A DNA stretch of 62,893 nt, counting the filler, from Myxococcota bacterium (GTDB lineage: Bacteria > Myxococcota > Myxococcia > Myxococcales > Myxococcaceae): NCBI GenBank assembly GCA_049322255.1. It is 6 parts of 6 records of this genome, joined end to end, with 100 filler letters (N's around TTAATTAATTAA, not from the genome) between each part and the next. Parts side by side here need not be neighbours in the genome. Positions count along the whole stretch, not along the records: positions 1 to 27,604 come from JBMORE010000047.1; 5 more parts are not named here. The stretch is one strand, 5' to 3'. The position numbers and the translations under genes are program-made. Below are positions 1 through 10,371 of this stretch, one piece after another; position 1 is the first letter of the stretch; each line of letters begins with the position of its first letter. The notes beneath the pieces were generated by a model that worked only from the letters and a program-made list of their open reading frames with translations, ran no database searches and was not told the DNA's origin.

Positions 1-70
1 TCGGTCATGACGTTGAAGGCTGGGCGCGAGTCTGTAGGATCGGCGACCCGAAAATGCAAGAGTCTGGCAT

Positions 71-901
71 GTGCTGTCTCTCCTAGGGCGTTATCGAGAC
101 CTGCTCGTGGTCGGGCTGCTCTTGGTGTACCCGTTCGGCACCTTCCTCGCCACCGGACACAAGGGCAGGGAGCCGAGCTTCATCGACCGCGCGGTGCTGG
201 CGGTCGCCTCTCCGGTGCAGCGGCTGGTCACCTGGCTCGTCGACGGGGTGGGGGCGGGGTGGAGCGGGTATGTGGCGCTGCGCGGGGTGCGACAGGAAAA
301 CGAGCGGCTGGTGCTGGAGAACGGCCAGCTGCGCTCACGGCTCAACGCGCTGACCGAGGCGGCGGCGGAAAACGAAAGGCTGCGGCGGGTGGTGGGGTAC
401 GTCGACCAGACCCCCGAGGCAGAGGTCATCGCCCGCGTGGTGGGGGTGAACCCCGTGGCCGATTTCCTCTCCTTGCGCATCACCCGGGGGGAGAACGAGG
501 GGGTGGGCGCAGGCATGCCGGTGGTGACCCCCGACGGGGTGATTGGGCAGGTGGCGCGCGCGGTGGGAGGCTTTTCCGACGTGGTGCTGATGACCGACCC
601 CACGAGCAAGGTGGCGGTGCTGGTGCAGCGCTCGCGGGTGCGGGCCACCGTGGTGGGAGCGGGAGGCACCCAGGCGCTCAAGCTGGCCAACGTCTTGCGC
701 ACGGAGGACGTGGAGGAGGGCGACCTGGTCGTCACCTCGGGCACCGACGGGGTGTACCCCAAAGGCCTGGTGGTGGGCCGAGTGACCGCGGTGGAGCGCA
801 GGACCTCGGGCATGTTCCTCCAGGCGGCGGTCTTACCGGCGGTGGAGACCAAGCGGCTGGAGGAGGTGGCGGTGCTGCCCAGCAGGGGTGCTCCGCGATG
901 A
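71..901 (+). CDS. mreC: Rod shape-determining protein MreC
   Basis: N-terminal TM, coiled coil (ENERLVLENGQL..ENERLRR), GMPVVTPDGVIGQV, GDLVVTSGTDGVYPKGLVVG; first gene of mreC-mreD-mrdA-rodA. Confidence 0.95.
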   Translation: MLSLLGRYRDLLVVGLLLVYPFGTFLATGHKGREPSFIDRAVLAVASPVQRLVTWLVDGVGAGWSGYVALRGVRQENERLVLENGQLRSRLNALTEAAAENERLRRVVGYVDQTPEAEVIARVVGVNPVADFLSLRITRGENEGVGAGMPVVTPDGVIGQVARAVGGFSDVVLMTDPTSKVAVLVQRSRVRATVVGAGGTQALKLANVLRTEDVEEGDLVVTSGTDGVYPKGLVVGRVTAVERRTSGMFLQAAVLPAVETKRLEEVAVLPSRGAPR

Positions 902-1404
902 GGTTTCTCATCACCGTGGGCATCGCGCTCGTCTTGCTCGCCGTCGAATCGGTGGTGGTGCGCTACCTGGGTCTTTCGGTGAGCCGCATCGATGTCACCG
1001 TGGCGCTGGTGGTGTTTCTTTCCATTCGCGCCAGCGTGGCCGAGGGCGCCTTCTCCTCCTTCGCCATCGGCTATCTGCTGGACGTGATGAGCGGACGCCC
1101 CACGGGGTTGTACCCCTTTCTCGCCGTCCTCACCTTCGTGCTCGCCCGGTTGCCATCAGCGCTGGTGGAGGTGCGCGGTCCCACCTTGTTCGTGCTCTTC
1201 GCCGCAGGGGCCGATCTCTTCCATGGGCTGTTGGGAGCGTTTTTTTCCTGGCTCACCTCGCCCGCGGGCACGGTGCCCACCGCGGCGCTCTCGGGGTTAC
1301 CGCTGCAAGTCTTGCTCACCGCCGTCGCCGCGCGGTTGATGTGGCCGCTCCTTCGCCGCATCGACCCGGGGAGCGAGCGGCACGACGCGGGGGCGCTGCG
1401 CTAG
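898..1404 (+). CDS. mreD: Rod shape-determining protein MreD-like membrane protein
   Basis: ATG at 898 overlaps the mreC stop (ATGA); multi-TM protein with FAIGYLLDVMSG..G motif; lies between mreC and PBP2. Confidence 0.85.
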   Translation: MRFLITVGIALVLLAVESVVVRYLGLSVSRIDVTVALVVFLSIRASVAEGAFSSFAIGYLLDVMSGRPTGLYPFLAVLTFVLARLPSALVEVRGPTLFVLFAAGADLFHGLLGAFFSWLTSPAGTVPTAALSGLPLQVLLTAVAARLMWPLLRRIDPGSERHDAGALR

Positions 1405-1407
1405 GTC

Positions 1408-3387
1408 ATGGCTCTGGGTCATCAAACCGCCGGCCGCGACTACAAGACCCGGTACCTGGTGCTGGGCGCGGCGATGCTCGCTGGTCTTTTGGTGCTGGCG
1501 ATCAACCTCTATCGCCTGCAGATCGTTCGCGGAGAAGAGTTCCTCGCCAAGTCGAAGGAGAACCACGTCAAGGTCAGCCGTATCCGCGCCGACCGGGGGA
1601 TGATCAAAGACCGCCGGGGAGAAATCCTGGTGGACGTGCGCCCCTCCTTCGACGTGCTCATCACCCCCGCCTTCTGCCAGCGCTGCGCCACCGAGGTGTT
1701 GCCCAAGCTCGCCACCTGGCTCGGCTGGGACGAGAGCCAACGGGCGAGGGTGGAACAGCAGGTTCGGGCGGTCAACGCGGCCAAGGGGCCCTCGCGCTTT
1801 CAGCCCATCACCGTGCGTGCCGATTTGACCCGCGACGAGCTCGACGTGGTGGCGGCGCACGAGTCGGAGCTCGACGGTGTCGACGTGGTGGCGGTGCCGC
1901 ACCGGAACTACCGGGCCGGTTCCGTGCTGGCGCACGCGGTCGGCTACATGAACGAAGTCACCCAAGAGGAGCTCGACCGCCTCAACGCCAACGGCGGCGA
2001 TTACGCCTTGGGTGACTACATCGGGCGGCGAGGCATCGAGCGGGCGCTCGAGTCGCGGCTGCGCGGAGTCGACGGCCGGCGCAAGGAAGTGGTCGACGCG
2101 CGCGGCCGCCCCTGGTGCAAGAAGGAAGACGACGAGCTCATGCGTTGCACGATGGGCCTGCTCGGCGACGAGGACACCGTGCCCCCCAAGCCCGGCAACA
2201 ACGTCGTTCTCTCGATCGACGCCCGGCTACAGGCCGAGGCCGAGCGCGCCTTCCCCGGCACCGCCGGCGCGGTGCTGATGGTCGAGGTGAAGACAGGGTT
2301 TCTCCTCACCTTCCTCTCCCGGCCGGCCTTCGACCCCAACATGCTCACCGGGCGCATCTCTCCCGCCCAGATGGCGGCGATCGCCAAAGACCCGCTTCAG
2401 CCGATGATCTCCCGCCCGGTGGGGCAGCACTACAGCCCGGGGTCGACCTTCAAGACCATCAGCATGCTCGCCGCGCTGCGATCGAAAGTGTTCACCCCGC
2501 GTACCCAAACCAACTGTCCCGGCGGTTACCGCTTGGGCTCGCGCGTGTGGCGGTGCCACAAGGACTCCGGTCACGGACCGATGGATGCGCGGCTGGCGTT
2601 GCAAAAGTCCTGCGACACCTATTTTTACCGGGTGGCCGACACCCTGGGCATCGACGCCATCGCTCGAGAGGCCAAGGAGCTGGGCTTGGGGGCGCCCACC
2701 GGCATCGGGGTGTTGGCCGAGGTGAGCGGCATCATGCCCGACACCGCCTACCACGATCGGGTCACTCCAGGGGGTTACACCAAGGGCATGGCGCTCAACA
2801 CGGTCATCGGGCAGGGAGACGTCAACGTCACGCCCTTGCAGCTGTTGATGGCGTATGCCGCGGTGGCCAACGGAGGCACCCTCTACCAGCCTCAGTTGGT
2901 GCGGCGCATCGAGGCACCCGACGGGCATCTGCTCGAGGAGCTCCAACCCAAGATGGTGCGCCAAGTGCCCATGGACGCCGAGGATCGCCGCGTGGTGATC
3001 GACGCGCTCACCGCGGTGGTGAACGAGCCGGGAGGCACCGCCTTCCGCACCCGCCTCAAGGAGGTGGTGGTGGCCGGCAAGACCGGCACCGCGCAGGTGG
3101 CCAGGTTGGGGACGGTGCGCCTCAAGACCGAAGAGATGTCCTACTTCCAGCGCGACCATGCGTGGTTCGTGGCTTTCGCCCCCGCCGACGACCCCGAGGT
3201 CGCCATCGTGGTGCTCAACGAGCACGGTGGTCACGGAGGGTCGGACGCCGCTCCCACTGCTGCTGCGGTGTTGCAGAAGTACTTTGATCTAAAAAAGGGC
3301 GATGCGGCGGCCTTCGGTACACCGCCGCCCAAGGGAGACGGCCGGCAGCTCGCCTCCACCCCCCCCTCGTCCGCGCCGGTGCCTTGA
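1408..3387 (+). CDS. mrdA: Penicillin-binding protein 2
   Basis: RGMIKDRRG dimerisation domain, SxxK (PGSTFK), SCD, KTGT motifs. Confidence 0.95.
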   Translation: MALGHQTAGRDYKTRYLVLGAAMLAGLLVLAINLYRLQIVRGEEFLAKSKENHVKVSRIRADRGMIKDRRGEILVDVRPSFDVLITPAFCQRCATEVLPKLATWLGWDESQRARVEQQVRAVNAAKGPSRFQPITVRADLTRDELDVVAAHESELDGVDVVAVPHRNYRAGSVLAHAVGYMNEVTQEELDRLNANGGDYALGDYIGRRGIERALESRLRGVDGRRKEVVDARGRPWCKKEDDELMRCTMGLLGDEDTVPPKPGNNVVLSIDARLQAEAERAFPGTAGAVLMVEVKTGFLLTFLSRPAFDPNMLTGRISPAQMAAIAKDPLQPMISRPVGQHYSPGSTFKTISMLAALRSKVFTPRTQTNCPGGYRLGSRVWRCHKDSGHGPMDARLALQKSCDTYFYRVADTLGIDAIAREAKELGLGAPTGIGVLAEVSGIMPDTAYHDRVTPGGYTKGMALNTVIGQGDVNVTPLQLLMAYAAVANGGTLYQPQLVRRIEAPDGHLLEELQPKMVRQVPMDAEDRRVVIDALTAVVNEPGGTAFRTRLKEVVVAGKTGTAQVARLGTVRLKTEEMSYFQRDHAWFVAFAPADDPEVAIVVLNEHGGHGGSDAAPTAAAVLQKYFDLKKGDAAAFGTPPPKGDGRQLASTPPSSAPVP

Positions 3388-3389
3388 CG

Positions 3390-4541
3390 ATGCAGCTGCG
3401 TATCGAGAAGCGAATGATGCCGCACGTCCCTTGGGGCCTTTTGGGGGCGACGCTGTGCGTGGCGCTCATCGGCATCTTCAACTTGGCGTCGGCGTCGCGC
3501 TCACCGCACACCCCGGTGTGGATCAGCCAGTCGGCCTACCTCGCGGTGGGGTTGGTCGCCCTGGTGGGCGTCGCCGCCGTCGATGATCGCTTCATCCAGC
3601 GCATGGCGGTGCCCATCTATGTCCTCAACATCGCGCTGCTCATCGCGCTCAAGTTCTTCGGTCACAAGGCCAAGGGCGCCGAGTCGTGGTTCGTGCTGGG
3701 GCCGATTCGCGTGCAACCGGCCGAGCTGATGAAGATCGGCATGGTGCTGATGCTGGCCAAGTTCTTCCACGACGACGAGCGGGGCGCCGCCGAAGGCTAC
3801 GGCTTCTTGCGGCTCATTCCCCCCACGCTCTTGTTCATGGTCCCTTTGGGGCTGGTGTTGGCGCAGCCCGACCTGGGCACGGCGCTGATGATGTTCTTCA
3901 CCGCGCTGACGATGATGCTCTTCGCCCGAGTGCGCTGGTGGGTGTGGGGAGTGCTGGGGCTGGGAGTGGCGGTGGCGGCGGGCGTTTTGTGGAACGACTA
4001 CATCCGCGAGCAGCCGGAGCCACGGGTGACGGTGGTGCGGCAGCTGCTCAAGAAGCACCAGGACCGCCGAATCGCCGGCTGGCTCGATCCCGAGTCCGAC
4101 CCCAAGGGTGCCAACTACCACGCGCTGCAGTCGAAGATCGCCGTGGGCTCGGGGGGCGTCTTCGGTAAGGGGTGGATGAAGGGAACCCAAACCGGGCTGT
4201 TCTTCCTCCCCGAGCAGCACACCGACTTCATCTTCTCAGTGTGGGCGGAGGAGCAGGGCTTTCTCTCCTGCTTGGGGTTGCTCGTGCTCTACGGGTTCAT
4301 TCTCATGTCCGCGCTGGGAGTCGCCTTCAACGCGCGGGACCGCTTCGGCGCCTTCGTGGCGGTGGGAGTCGCGGCGATGCTCTTTTGGCAAGTGTTCGAG
4401 AACATCGGGATGGTGAGCGGCATTCTCCCCGTCACCGGCATCACCTTGCCCCTGATGAGCTACGGCGGCAGCTCGATGGTGAGCGTGATGATCGGCATGG
4501 GCCTGTTGGTCAACATCGGCATGCGCCGGCACATCTTCTAG
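3390..4541 (+). CDS. rodA: Rod shape-determining protein RodA (SEDS family)
   Basis: QPAELMK, QPDLGT, LPEQHTDFIFS, LPLMSYGGSS; follows PBP2. Confidence 0.95.
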   Translation: MQLRIEKRMMPHVPWGLLGATLCVALIGIFNLASASRSPHTPVWISQSAYLAVGLVALVGVAAVDDRFIQRMAVPIYVLNIALLIALKFFGHKAKGAESWFVLGPIRVQPAELMKIGMVLMLAKFFHDDERGAAEGYGFLRLIPPTLLFMVPLGLVLAQPDLGTALMMFFTALTMMLFARVRWWVWGVLGLGVAVAAGVLWNDYIREQPEPRVTVVRQLLKKHQDRRIAGWLDPESDPKGANYHALQSKIAVGSGGVFGKGWMKGTQTGLFFLPEQHTDFIFSVWAEEQGFLSCLGLLVLYGFILMSALGVAFNARDRFGAFVAVGVAAMLFWQVFENIGMVSGILPVTGITLPLMSYGGSSMVSVMIGMGLLVNIGMRRHIF

Positions 4542-4549
4542 CGGCGCTC

Positions 4550-5734
4550 CTAGGGCAGGTTTGCCAACAGACGGGTCGCGCCGATCACGCGAACCTCGGT
4601 ACGGCCGATGTCTGGAAGGCGCCGCTCGTGCGCGCCCTCGAGAACCACCTGAAACGCGAAGGCAGGCTGCGCGCGTTGGGAAAAATAGCGGAGCCCCGGC
4701 GCAAGTGAGTCGTCGGTCAGCTTGGCCTCTATGGCCAGCCAAGGCTTGCCAGCACGCAGGAGCACGAAGTCCACCTCGTGGCCCTCGCGGTGCCGAAAGA
4801 AGCGCAAGGAGAGCTTCTCGCCCTCGACGTCTGCCGCCCAGTCAACGGCTCGGAGGAGGTGGGTGGCGACGAGGTTTTCGAATCTCGCGCCCGCGGACGT
4901 GCACCGGCTCCAGTCCCAGAAATAGACCTTCTGCTCCTTCTTCACGCTCCTGACGCGGGGCGGCCCATAGGGGGGAACACGAAAGAGGGCGTCGAGCCGC
5001 TCGAGAATGCCGATCCACGAGCGAACGGTTTCGAACGAGACCTCCAGATCTTCGCGCAGGCTGTTGATGGAGAGAATGCCTCCGGCGACATCGGAAAGGC
5101 GGTCGTAAAGCAGCTCGATTCGCTCGATCTCACGCACCTGCTCCAGCGAAGCCACCTCCTCTCGGACCAGGCGCTCTCCATAGGCGAGACGCCAACGGGC
5201 AGCCTCATGCTCGGAGCCGGAGAGGAGCGGCTCCGGAAATCCACCGAGCATGAGCAGATCGTCGAGCGGCAGGCGGCGCGGATCGGTTCCCAGCGCTGGA
5301 ACGGACCTCACCGTCTGGAAGGGTAGGCCATGGAGCTCGGAGAAGGTGACGGGGTGCAGATGGTGGCCGTAGTAGCGTCCCTGCAGCGATTCTCCCCCGC
5401 GCCCATAGAGCTCCAGCCGGGCGCTGCCCGTGACGAGAATCCGTTTGCGCCGCCCGTAGGAGTCCGAGAGGTCCTTGAGGAAGCTCCGCCAGCGCCTGAA
5501 CTTGTGGAGCTCATCGAACACCCATAGTCCGCGATCGAAATCGAGCGCTCGTTTCTGGATCGCCAGGCGATCCGGCGCGGCATCCCAGTTGTAGTACGCC
5601 CCCCCACCCGCGGCCGCGAGCGCCTGCACCAGCGTTGTCTTGCCGCACTGCCTCGGCCCCGAGAGCAAGACCATCTTTTTGGCCAGGTCCGCCGCGAGCT
5701 GGCCTCGGATGCGGCGCTCAATCATATTCGGCAA
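4550..5734 (-). CDS. AAA_14 ATPase with C-terminal DUF4143 (PD-(D/E)xK-like) domain
   Basis: Walker A GPRQCGKTT, DELHK Walker B, VTGSARL, GGFPE, EVDFV..IEAK; start may be ATG at 5725. Confidence 0.9.
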   Translation of the reverse strand: MPNMIERRIRGQLAADLAKKMVLLSGPRQCGKTTLVQALAAAGGGAYYNWDAAPDRLAIQKRALDFDRGLWVFDELHKFRRWRSFLKDLSDSYGRRKRILVTGSARLELYGRGGESLQGRYYGHHLHPVTFSELHGLPFQTVRSVPALGTDPRRLPLDDLLMLGGFPEPLLSGSEHEAARWRLAYGERLVREEVASLEQVREIERIELLYDRLSDVAGGILSINSLREDLEVSFETVRSWIGILERLDALFRVPPYGPPRVRSVKKEQKVYFWDWSRCTSAGARFENLVATHLLRAVDWAADVEGEKLSLRFFRHREGHEVDFVLLRAGKPWLAIEAKLTDDSLAPGLRYFSQRAQPAFAFQVVLEGAHERRLPDIGRTEVRVIGATRLLANLP

Positions 5735-5806
5735 TATCAGACCAAACTCTAAATTTGTCGAGACATTCTCAGAGTGCCCTCGAAAAAGGTAGCCTTGCCT
5801 CGAAAA

Positions 5807-7186
5807 CTACAGCAGCGTTCCGCGCAGGATGAAGGTGGCGACGCCGAAGTAGATGACCAGCCCGGTGACGTCGACCAGGGTGGCGACGAAGGGCGCCGAC
5901 GCCGCTGCGGGGTCGAGCTTCAACCGGCGCAAGAGGAAGGGAAGCATCGCGCCGCACAGCGAACCGAAGAGCACCACCCCGATGAGGCTCGCGGCGACGG
6001 TGGCCGCCAGCATGAGGTAGTGCGGCCCGTAGGTCGCCTCGCGGCTGGGCCACAGCACGATGCGCAAAAGGCCGATGACGCCGAGAAAGCCCCCCAAGAG
6101 GGCTCCGGCGACCAGCTCGCGGCGCAAAACCTGCCACCAGTCGCGAAGCTCCACGTCGCGCACCGCCAGCGCGCGGATGATGAGGGAGGTGGCTTGGGAG
6201 CCGGAGTTTCCTCCGCTGGAGATGATGAGCGGAATGAACAGGGCGAGCACCACCGCTCTCTGAATTTCGCCCTCGAAAAAACCCATCGCCGTCGCGGTGA
6301 GCGTCTGGCCGAGGAACAGCACGGCCAGCCACCCGGCGCGCTTCTTCACCATCTCCAGCACCCCGACTTCGAGGTACGGGGCCTCGAGGGCCTCCATGCC
6401 GCCCAGCCGGTGAATGTCTTCGGTGGCCTCTTCCTCGGCGACGTCGAGCACGTCGTCGTGGGTGATGATGCCCACCAGCACTCCCTGCGAATCGGTCACC
6501 GGGAGCGCCACCCGGTCGTACTTCTCGAAGGCCGCCACCACCTCTTCCTTGTCCGTCGTGGCGGGAATGCTCACCAGCGGGCGATCTTCGAGCTCGCCCA
6601 CCCGCGCCTTGGGGTCGGCCATCACCAGGGTGGCCAGGCGTAAGTCGCTCAAGAGCCTGCCCCTCTCGTCGGTGACGTAGAGGATGTTGAGCGTCTCCCG
6701 GCCCTTTCCGTGCTGGCGAATGTGCGCGAGCGCCTCCTGTGCCGTCATCTGCGGGCGGAGCGCCAGGTACTCCGGCGTCATGAAGCGGCCCGCGGAGTCC
6801 TCCGGGTAGCCCAACAGCTGGCGCGCCACCTTGAGCTCGTTGGGGTGCAGCGAGGTGAGAACGCGCTTGGTCACCTCGGCGGGCAGCTCTTCGAACAGGC
6901 GCGTCCGGTCGTCGGGCGCCATCTCGTTGAGCACGTTGATCAGCTGCTCGGAGCCCAAGGTGGAGACCAGCTCCGCCTGCTGGTCGACCGGCAGGTACTC
7001 GAAGGCAACCCCTCCGACGTCCCTGGGCAAAAGACGGAAGATGACCCCGCTGTCCTCGGGCGGCAGGTCTTCCAGGACCTCGGCGATGTCCGCCGGGTCC
7101 ATGTCTTCGAACGCCACCCTCAGCGAGTCCCAATTCTTCTCTTGAATGAGGGCTTCGACGTTGGGCTTGAGCAGCTGGCCGAGCAC
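5807..7186 (-). CDS. mgtE: Magnesium transporter MgtE
   Basis: MgtE_N (DPADIAE), tandem CBS domains, SGGNSGSQ and PFVATLVDVTG; likely start is GTG at 7186, overlapping the upstream TAG. Confidence 0.93.
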   Translation of the reverse strand: MLGQLLKPNVEALIQEKNWDSLRVAFEDMDPADIAEVLEDLPPEDSGVIFRLLPRDVGGVAFEYLPVDQQAELVSTLGSEQLINVLNEMAPDDRTRLFEELPAEVTKRVLTSLHPNELKVARQLLGYPEDSAGRFMTPEYLALRPQMTAQEALAHIRQHGKGRETLNILYVTDERGRLLSDLRLATLVMADPKARVGELEDRPLVSIPATTDKEEVVAAFEKYDRVALPVTDSQGVLVGIITHDDVLDVAEEEATEDIHRLGGMEALEAPYLEVGVLEMVKKRAGWLAVLFLGQTLTATAMGFFEGEIQRAVVLALFIPLIISSGGNSGSQATSLIIRALAVRDVELRDWWQVLRRELVAGALLGGFLGVIGLLRIVLWPSREATYGPHYLMLAATVAASLIGVVLFGSLCGAMLPFLLRRLKLDPAAASAPFVATLVDVTGLVIYFGVATFILRGTLL

Positions 7187-7473
7187 TATTTCTTCGGGGC
7201 CTTGCGCCGGGCTGCTTGGTAATGCGCCGAGCACAAGCCTTTGGAGCGCATCGGCCTGACGCAGCCTTCGATTTTGCAACGCCGCTCGGGCGGAACCGCC
7301 CCGACGAGCAGCTTGGGGGGGCGTCCCCGCCCACGCTTGATGGGAAGACCCGAGGCGGCCAGGCCCGTCGAAACGCCGGCCGCCACCCCACGCCCCAGCG
7401 CCTCACCCAAGACCTGGGCCCAGGCGATGAGCTGCGAGGGTGGCGCAAGTGGGTTTTTGCGCGGGCGTGCCAT
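7186..7473 (-). CDS. Small basic AT-hook plus C-x4-C..C-x2-H zinc-finger protein (VegA-like, putative nucleoid-associated)
   Basis: KRGRGRPPK AT-hook; CKIEGC..SKGLCSAHYQ; ATG abuts the trxA stop. Confidence 0.75.
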   Translation of the reverse strand: MARPRKNPLAPPSQLIAWAQVLGEALGRGVAAGVSTGLAASGLPIKRGRGRPPKLLVGAVPPERRCKIEGCVRPMRSKGLCSAHYQAARRKAPKK

Positions 7474-7800
7474 TTAGACGACCTTCTTGAGGGCGTCTTC
7501 GAGCTTGGCCTTGGGCGCGGCGCCGACGATCTGCTCCACCACCTTGCCTCCCTTGAACAGGAGCAAGGTCGGAATCGAGCGAATGCCGTATTGCTGCGGC
7601 GTGTCCTGGTTGTCGTCGACGTTCACCTTGGCGATTTTCACCTTGCCTTTGTATTGGCCGGCCAGCTCCTCGAGCACCGGAGCGATCGCCCGGCAAGGCG
7701 CACACCAAGTCGCCCAGAAGTCCACCAGCACCGGTTGCGTCGAATTGAGCACCTCGCTCTGAAATTGGGCGTCGTCCACGTTCATGATGTCGCCAGCCAT
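7474..7800 (-). CDS. trxA: Thioredoxin
   Basis: [32 protein letters not shown] upstream. Confidence 0.97.
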   Translation of the reverse strand: MAGDIMNVDDAQFQSEVLNSTQPVLVDFWATWCAPCRAIAPVLEELAGQYKGKVKIAKVNVDDNQDTPQQYGIRSIPTLLLFKGGKVVEQIVGAAPKAKLEDALKKVV

Positions 7801-7917
7801 GTTGTTTTCCTTTCTGCCGTCGAGGAAGCAGGCAAGCCTAAAGGCAGCTCAAATAATATGGAGGGTCCAAGCCCGCAAGCGCGTTCACCGCGGGCACAAG
7901 GTGGTAGATTCGCGCCG

Positions 7918-8280
7918 GTGAAGCTTTTTCTCCCCCAAACGACGCTCGAGGAGTGGGCGCTGAGCGAGAAGGCCGACTTGAAGGACGGCAAGCTGGTGAT
8001 TTCGCAGGACCAGTCCAGCTACCCGGTCACACCGGCGGTGCACTTTCGCACGGTGGTGAGCGGACCCGACGAGCACAAGCTGGCGGAGAAGGTGAAAACG
8101 CAGGCGCAGCTGGCGGCCTTGGGCGCCGAGCACATGGCCGACTCGGTCATTCTCGGGGAGAGCGCCTACGAGGTCGCCGAGGGGTACATCGCCGAGGTGG
8201 TCATCAAGACCGCGCCCGGCCAGAAGCCCAGCTCCGAGACCGATCTGCTCGCCAACTTCCTTTTGGGAAAGCTCTCGTAG
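7918..8280 (+). CDS. Conserved hypothetical protein, first gene of the hem operon
   Basis: GTG start (VKLFLPQTTLEEW), protein-like composition, stop 3 nt before ccsA. Confidence 0.7.
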   Translation: MKLFLPQTTLEEWALSEKADLKDGKLVISQDQSSYPVTPAVHFRTVVSGPDEHKLAEKVKTQAQLAALGAEHMADSVILGESAYEVAEGYIAEVVIKTAPGQKPSSETDLLANFLLGKLS

Positions 8281-8283
8281 TCG

Positions 8284-9090
8284 ATGACCCGCGCGCTGCT
8301 TTCCATCGCCGTCCACGAATATGGAACGGCGGCGATTGTCTACCTCGCCTACCTCGTCCGCCAGTGGAGGGGGCTGCCGGTGGTAGGGCGTTTCTTCGTG
8401 GGCAGCGGCCTGATTCTCCACGGCGCCTCCCTGGGAATGACCCTGGCCGCCCAGGGCATGGTCCCTTTGGGGTTGGCGCAGGGCTTCTCTTTGGTGGCGC
8501 TGCTCCTGTTGGCCATCTTCTTCGTGCTCGACCTTCGTTACCGCACCCCGGTCATCGGTGCGTTCTTGATGCCGGTGGCCCTCGCGGTGCTGGTGCCGGG
8601 GTTGCTCCTCGACGCCGCGCTGGCACCGCTTCCCGCTCAGGTGCGGCCGCTGTTGCCCTTGCACGTGACGATCGCCCTTTTGGGAGTGGCCGCTTTCGGG
8701 GCCGCCGCCGGCGTGGCGGTGATGTATCTGCTCATGGAGCGCCAGATGAAGGGCAAGAAGTTCGGGGTGCTCTTCTCGCGCCTGCCCTCCTTGCAGCTCC
8801 TCGACGAGCTCAACCGCCGCTTGGTGGTGTGGGGCTTCATCGCGCTGTCGGTGACGATGGTGACCGGCGCCTTCTTCGTCAGCGACGCGGCCTCCATCGC
8901 CTGGCGTTGGGAGCCCAAGACCATCGCCACCCTGGTGGCGTGGCTGGGCTCGGGAGCGCTCCTGCACGCTCGCTTCTTCGCCGGCTGGCAGGGCAAGCGG
9001 GCGGCGGTGCTCACCATGGCGGGCTTCTGCGTCTTGTTGGTCTCCTTCTTCACCGCCTTCCAGGGGGGCGGGCCACCGGGGGTGCATTAG
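8284..9090 (+). CDS. ccsA: Cytochrome c biogenesis CcsA/HemX-family membrane protein
   Basis: About 8 TM segments, LHVTIALLG, RLPSLQLLD, WEPK; directly upstream of hemA. Confidence 0.88.
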   Translation: MTRALLSIAVHEYGTAAIVYLAYLVRQWRGLPVVGRFFVGSGLILHGASLGMTLAAQGMVPLGLAQGFSLVALLLLAIFFVLDLRYRTPVIGAFLMPVALAVLVPGLLLDAALAPLPAQVRPLLPLHVTIALLGVAAFGAAAGVAVMYLLMERQMKGKKFGVLFSRLPSLQLLDELNRRLVVWGFIALSVTMVTGAFFVSDAASIAWRWEPKTIATLVAWLGSGALLHARFFAGWQGKRAAVLTMAGFCVLLVSFFTAFQGGGPPGVH

Positions 9091-9093
9091 GCG

Positions 9094-10371
9094 ATGGAGC
9101 TGTTCTGCCTCGGCCTGTCGCACAAAAGCGCCCCCCTGGCGGTGCGCGAGCGCCTCGCCTTGAGCGAAGAGGGGCAGGCGGGGCTTTTGCAGGTCATCGC
9201 CCAAAGGCTCCCCGAGGCGATGCTCGTCTCCACCTGCAACCGGGTGGAGCTCTACGCCGCCGCTCCCAACGAAGAGGAGGCCCTGGCCGTCTTACGCGAA
9301 CACCTCGCCGCCGCTGGCGGCCTCGAAGCCCTGGAGCACCTCTACCAGCGCGCGGGGGAAGAGGCGCTGCGCCACCTCTTCCGCGTCGCCGCCAGCCTCG
9401 ACTCGATGGTGGTGGGCGAGCCGCAAATCCTCGGCCAGGTGAAAGACGCCTTCGAGCTGGCTCGGCGCGTGGGCGCTGCGCGTGGGGAGCTGGCCCGTGC
9501 CTGCGCCGCGGCCTTCGTCAGCGCCAAGCGGGTGCGCACCGAGACCGGGGTCGGGCGGGCGCCCACCTCCATGGCTTCGGCCGCGGTGGAGATGGCCAAG
9601 AAGCTCTTCGGCCGTCTCGCCGAGAAGACCGTGCTGGTGGTGGGCGCCGGAGAGATGGCCGAGCTCGCCGCCCGGCACTTGAAGGCGGCCGGTGCCACCC
9701 AGCTTCTCGTCACCAACCGCACCCACGCGCGCGCCGAGGAGCTGGCCGCGCTGGTCGGTGGTACGCCCGAACCTTTTTCCGAGCTCACCGCGCTGCTCGT
9801 GCCTGCCGACGTGGTCATCTGCTCCACCGCTTCGCCGACGCCGATCTTCACCCCCGCCAACGTCGCGCCCCACCTCAAGGCACGCAGGCACCGGCCGCTC
9901 TTCATGGTCGACCTGGCGGTGCCCCGCGACATCGACCCGGCGGTGCATGAGCTCGAGGGCGTGTACGCCTACGACGTCGACGACATTCAGAGGAACGTGG
10001 CGGAGAACTCGGCGGCCCGTGCCGCGGAGGCGGCCAAGGCCGAGGCCATCGTCTCCGAGGAGCTTTCACGTTTCCAGCGCGCCCGCGCGGTGCGTGACGG
10101 GCTGCCGGTTTTGGGGCTTCTGCGCGCTCGGGCCGACGAGCTCGCCCGCGCCGAGCTGGAGCGGACCTTGGCGGTGCTCGCCGCCGAAGGTTCCAGCGAC
10201 AAGGCGATGAAAAGCGTCGAGGCGATGGCCTCGGCCATCGTCAACAAGCTGCTCCACCAACCCACCGCCACCTTGCGCGCCGTCGGCCCCGAGGACGAGG
10301 TTCTGGCCGACGCCGCTGCCCGGCTCTTCGGCATCGAGGCCGCCAGCGCCGCCAAGGGGGGGAAGCGGTGA
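9094..10371 (+). CDS. hemA: Glutamyl-tRNA reductase
   Basis: [39 protein letters not shown]. Confidence 0.97.
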   Translation: MELFCLGLSHKSAPLAVRERLALSEEGQAGLLQVIAQRLPEAMLVSTCNRVELYAAAPNEEEALAVLREHLAAAGGLEALEHLYQRAGEEALRHLFRVAASLDSMVVGEPQILGQVKDAFELARRVGAARGELARACAAAFVSAKRVRTETGVGRAPTSMASAAVEMAKKLFGRLAEKTVLVVGAGEMAELAARHLKAAGATQLLVTNRTHARAEELAALVGGTPEPFSELTALLVPADVVICSTASPTPIFTPANVAPHLKARRHRPLFMVDLAVPRDIDPAVHELEGVYAYDVDDIQRNVAENSAARAAEAAKAEAIVSEELSRFQRARAVRDGLPVLGLLRARADELARAELERTLAVLAAEGSSDKAMKSVEAMASAIVNKLLHQPTATLRAVGPEDEVLADAAARLFGIEAASAAKGGKR

